From: Felis catus
Taxonomy: Eukaryota
Reading direction: 5' to 3'
Assembly (NCBI RefSeq): GCF_018350175.1
Contig: NC_058383.1
Coordinates: 12,030,001 to 12,094,000, forward strand
Length of the DNA stretch: 64,000 bases
Positions 60,897 to 64,000 of the stretch are shown in pieces. A program made the position numbers and the translations under genes. The notes beneath the pieces are model-generated. The model made no database searches. It was given only the letters and a program-made list of their open reading frames with translations, and was not told where the DNA came from. The stretch's first letter is position 1; every line of letters starts with the position of its first letter.

Positions 60897-61100
60897 GGGG
60901 CACGTGGGTGGCTTACTTGGTTGAGCATCTGACTTCAGTTAGGTCATGATCTCACTGTTCCCGAGTTTGAGTCCCACATCGGGCTCTGTGCTGACAGCTC
61001 GGAGCCTGGAACCTGCTTCGGAGTCTGTGTCTCCCTCTCTCTCTGCCCCTCCCCTGCTCATGCTCTGTCTCTCTCTCAAAAATAAAACATTAAAAAAAAT
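60897..61100 (+). mobile_element. CAN-SINE
   Basis: Head, body and tail. Confidence 0.94.
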
Positions 61101-61171
61101 TAAAGTACAAATTTGTATATAATAGAAGTTGTGATTTCAGCTCTAGTTCTGCTCTCTGAGAGGTACCACCT

Positions 61172-61620
61172 TGTATTAGTTTCCTTGGGTTGCCATAATA
61201 GATTACCACATACTTAGTGGCTTCAACCAACAAACATTTATTTTTTTCACAGTTCTAGAAGCTGAAAGTCTGAAACCAACGTGTCAACAGGACTATGTTA
61301 TTTCTGAAGGCTTGTGGGGAAGAATCCTTCTTTGCTTCTTCTTAGTTTCTGGTAGCTTCCAGCACTCAAAACTACAGTCTCTCCCTCCAAAGTATCTATG
61401 GAGTTGTCTCTCCCTGTTTCTCTGCATCTGAGAGTCCTCTCCTCTTCTTATAAGGACACAAGTCATTGGATTTACAGCTTGTCCTGATCCAGTATGACCT
61501 CATCTTAGTTTGACTACCTCTGCAAAGACCCCATTTCCACATAAGGTCACATTTGGGTACCACAGATTAGGATTGGATATATATTTGTGGGGGGGGGGAC
61601 ACAAGTCAACCCACTATGCA
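61172..61620 (-). mobile_element. MLT1C-like solo LTR
   Basis: TGTATTAGTTTCCTTGGGTTGCCATAA...TTCTTATAAGGACACAAGTCATTGGATTTA...TCAACCCACTATGCA. Duplicated CACCT flanks. Confidence 0.9.
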
Positions 61621-62138
61621 CCTTGACTGTGTTATTCTTAGTTTTTTTTTCAAGGAGGCTCTTTCTTGTCTCTCATCCTCTGTGGCTTCAACCGGAATGG
61701 GTTTTGAAAGTATTTATTACAGAATAAGCCCTCAGACATTGAAAGAAATTCCCTGAGGAGCCTGACAGACAACTCCTTTTTTGAAATGTGTTGTGCACAC
61801 ACATGGTGGAGTGCATCCTGGAATACACTGTTCTTTGAATCATGTTAGGGAACCCCCAGTGTAGGGGAAGAAAGTGAGACCCACGGATGACAGACACCAA
61901 GAGGAACCCCAGGGACACAGGGGAGGGGGATACAAACCAAGTCCAGAGGCAAGCTCCAAAATCTAGAATAGTCAGCACTAAGTAAAATGTCATTCTACTT
62001 CCAGGGATTAAGAGGGAGCAACTTCAGGGCAATAGGCGGGAATGTCACTCGGTGTCAGGCTATTGGACCAACAGATTGCGTCAATAATTTGATCCTTGAC
62101 ACTTGAGGGATATTTCCAATAGAGAATGCATGACAGTC

Positions 62139-62324
62139 AGGGCACCTGGATGGCTCAGTCGGTGGAGTGTCCAACTCTTGCTTTCAGCTCAGGTCATGAT
62201 CCCAAGGTCATGGGATCCAGCCTCACCTTGGGCTCCACGGTGAGTCTGCTTGAGATTCTCTCTCTCCTGCTCACTCTCCGCCCCTCCCCTGCTCATGTTC
62301 TCTCTCTCTCCAGTAAAGAAAAAA
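62139..62324 (+). mobile_element. CAN-SINE (older)
   Basis: Head and CT tract; GAATGCA on both flanks. Confidence 0.9.
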
Positions 62325-62482
62325 GTGAGGGAATGCACCACCAGGGGCTGGCTAAGGGTGAAGGACAGAAGTCCCCAAGTACTAGAGCCCTCTAGACAAA
62401 GGAGAACCATGACTGTGGGTGACATTTTGACATGAGAGTTGGAAAAGAAGGTGAAGATGATTTTCAACTATAGCACACATAT

Positions 62483-62795
62483 GGTAGGCCACACATATGG
62501 TGGCCTCCCAAGGAGGTTCACGCCCTAATCCCTGGAACCTGTACATATATTAGGCCACAGGGCAAAGGGGGATTTAGATTTGGAGTGTCCAGATGGAGCA
62601 ATGTAATCACAAAAGTCCTTAAAAGTTAAAGAGGAGGTCTGAAGAGTTAAAATCAGAGAAAGAGATGTGAAAATGGCAACCAAGATAGGCTATGTGGTAT
62701 GGGAAAGATACAACCCACCATTATTAACTTTCCAGATGAAAAGGAGCCATGAGCCAATGCAGAGCCAAAGAAAGACCAAGAAACTGTCCTAGATT
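62483..62795 (+). mobile_element. MLT1D-like LTR fragment
   Basis: CCTAATCCCTGGAACCTGT...CAATGTAATCACAAAAGTCCTTAAAAG...GGAGCCATGAGCCAA. Confidence 0.8.
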
Positions 62796-62939
62796 GTTAG
62801 AGGCTAGAGAGTTGTGACTCAATTCAATGTGTGATCCCAGTTTGGGTCCTAGACCAGAAAGAAGATATCAGTTGGGTCACTGAAGAAATTTGAATGAAGT
62901 CTAAGGATGGGTTAATATTTCAATGTTAATTTAGTATAT

Positions 62940-63152
62940 TTTTTTAGCGTTTATTTATTATTGAGAGACAGAGAGAGACAGAGCATGAGCATGGGAGGGG
63001 CAGAGAGAAGGAGAGACACAGAATCCGAAGCGGGCTCCAGGCTCCGAGCTGTCGGCACAGAGCCCGACGCAGGGCTCGAACTCACAAACCGCGAGATCAT
63101 GACCTGAGCTGAAGTCGGACACCCAACCGACTGAGCCACCCAGGTGCGCCCC
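62940..63152 (-). mobile_element. CAN-SINE
   Basis: Reverse SINE ending CCAGGTGCGCCCC. Confidence 0.95.
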
Positions 63153-64000
63153 TGTTGATTTGGTATTTTTAATCATTATACTGTGGTAGGGTTTGGGTTC
63201 CATGATGGTGAGATACTCTTATGGCTCACCCATCCAGCTAATTACAACTCTGAATTCTAGAGAAGACACGAAAAGGAACTCCCAAAGATTCTGTAAAGTA
63301 ACCAAAAGTAGGCGGGTCATAGAGGGGAGATGACACGTGAAGAAGTGATCTAATTAGGAGCAAACCTTCTTTGGGAGCAAACCTGTCTTTTTTTTTTTTT
63401 CCTGGCACAGCTTCACCTCAAAGGGGGGGGGGGGTCCCAGTCATGGGGCAACATGGCACAGTCTGCTCCAGGAGACACCCTGCCATCTAGAAGTCCTGGT
63501 TGTTCACTTTTCTGATCTACTTGGGCATTTCTGTACCCACAGTCTCCATCTCTCTTTTATTTCCTCAAAGGTATTAATCATAGTCATTGAACATTATGTG
63601 TTTGATAATCCCGGCATTTGAATAATGAGGCATCTGATTCTTTTGTCTGTGGCCCTGCTGGCTCAGACGATGGCACTTTTGTGTGCTTTATGAACACTGA
63701 AAATGAGTCATCTTCCCATGAAATGCCATCTGTGAATGTTCTTTGGGGCCTCTTTTGAAGATGCCGACATCTATTGAAGGCTCAGTACGTTCTAACACGT
63801 ATTGATTGGGTTCTCACTGAAAGTCTAGGTGACACTACCCACCTAGGATCGCTTCACGATAAATTCTCAGCTTCAAGTATTTCAGGCTAACCAGGTAGGA
63901 TGCTTCAGGGCTACAACCCTATATGAAGGCCAATTTGTAATTGAACATTCAAAGGGAGATGTATCTGTTTCATCGGCCCAGAACAAAGTGAGATGTGGAG

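Overview
Mammalian genomic DNA, almost certainly from a felid: about 40 carnivore tRNA-derived CAN-SINEs, seven of a young, near-identical feline SINEC_Fc-like type with intact target-site duplications (TSDs). I found no protein-coding exon I can support. The ORF-track peptides are mostly SINE translations, microsatellites or chance GC-rich ORFs, so the window is intronic or intergenic. It is dominated by repeats: CAN-SINEs, L1 3' ends, L2, MIR, MER5/MER58 DNA transposons, MaLR/ERVL solo LTRs, an ERV1-class env plus 3' LTR remnant (34.3-35.5 kb), and an old minus-strand ERV-L internal region (52-58.5 kb) in which the gag-end/protease/RT-N-terminus block occurs twice. A 35-nt U2 snRNA retrocopy sits in one ERV-L protease copy. 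Most interesting non-standard signals: a triplicated ~66-bp L2-embedded unit with a perfect heat-shock element in every copy (37.8-38.0 kb); a ~48-bp diverged direct repeat bracketing a CpG-rich promoter/enhancer-like segment (10.25 and 11.53 kb); a ~0.9-kb palindromic AT-rich block inside a MER58; and several templated-insertion scars. I do not see a convincing new multi-gene system. Repeat family names come from memory of consensus sequences, and boundaries are approximate.
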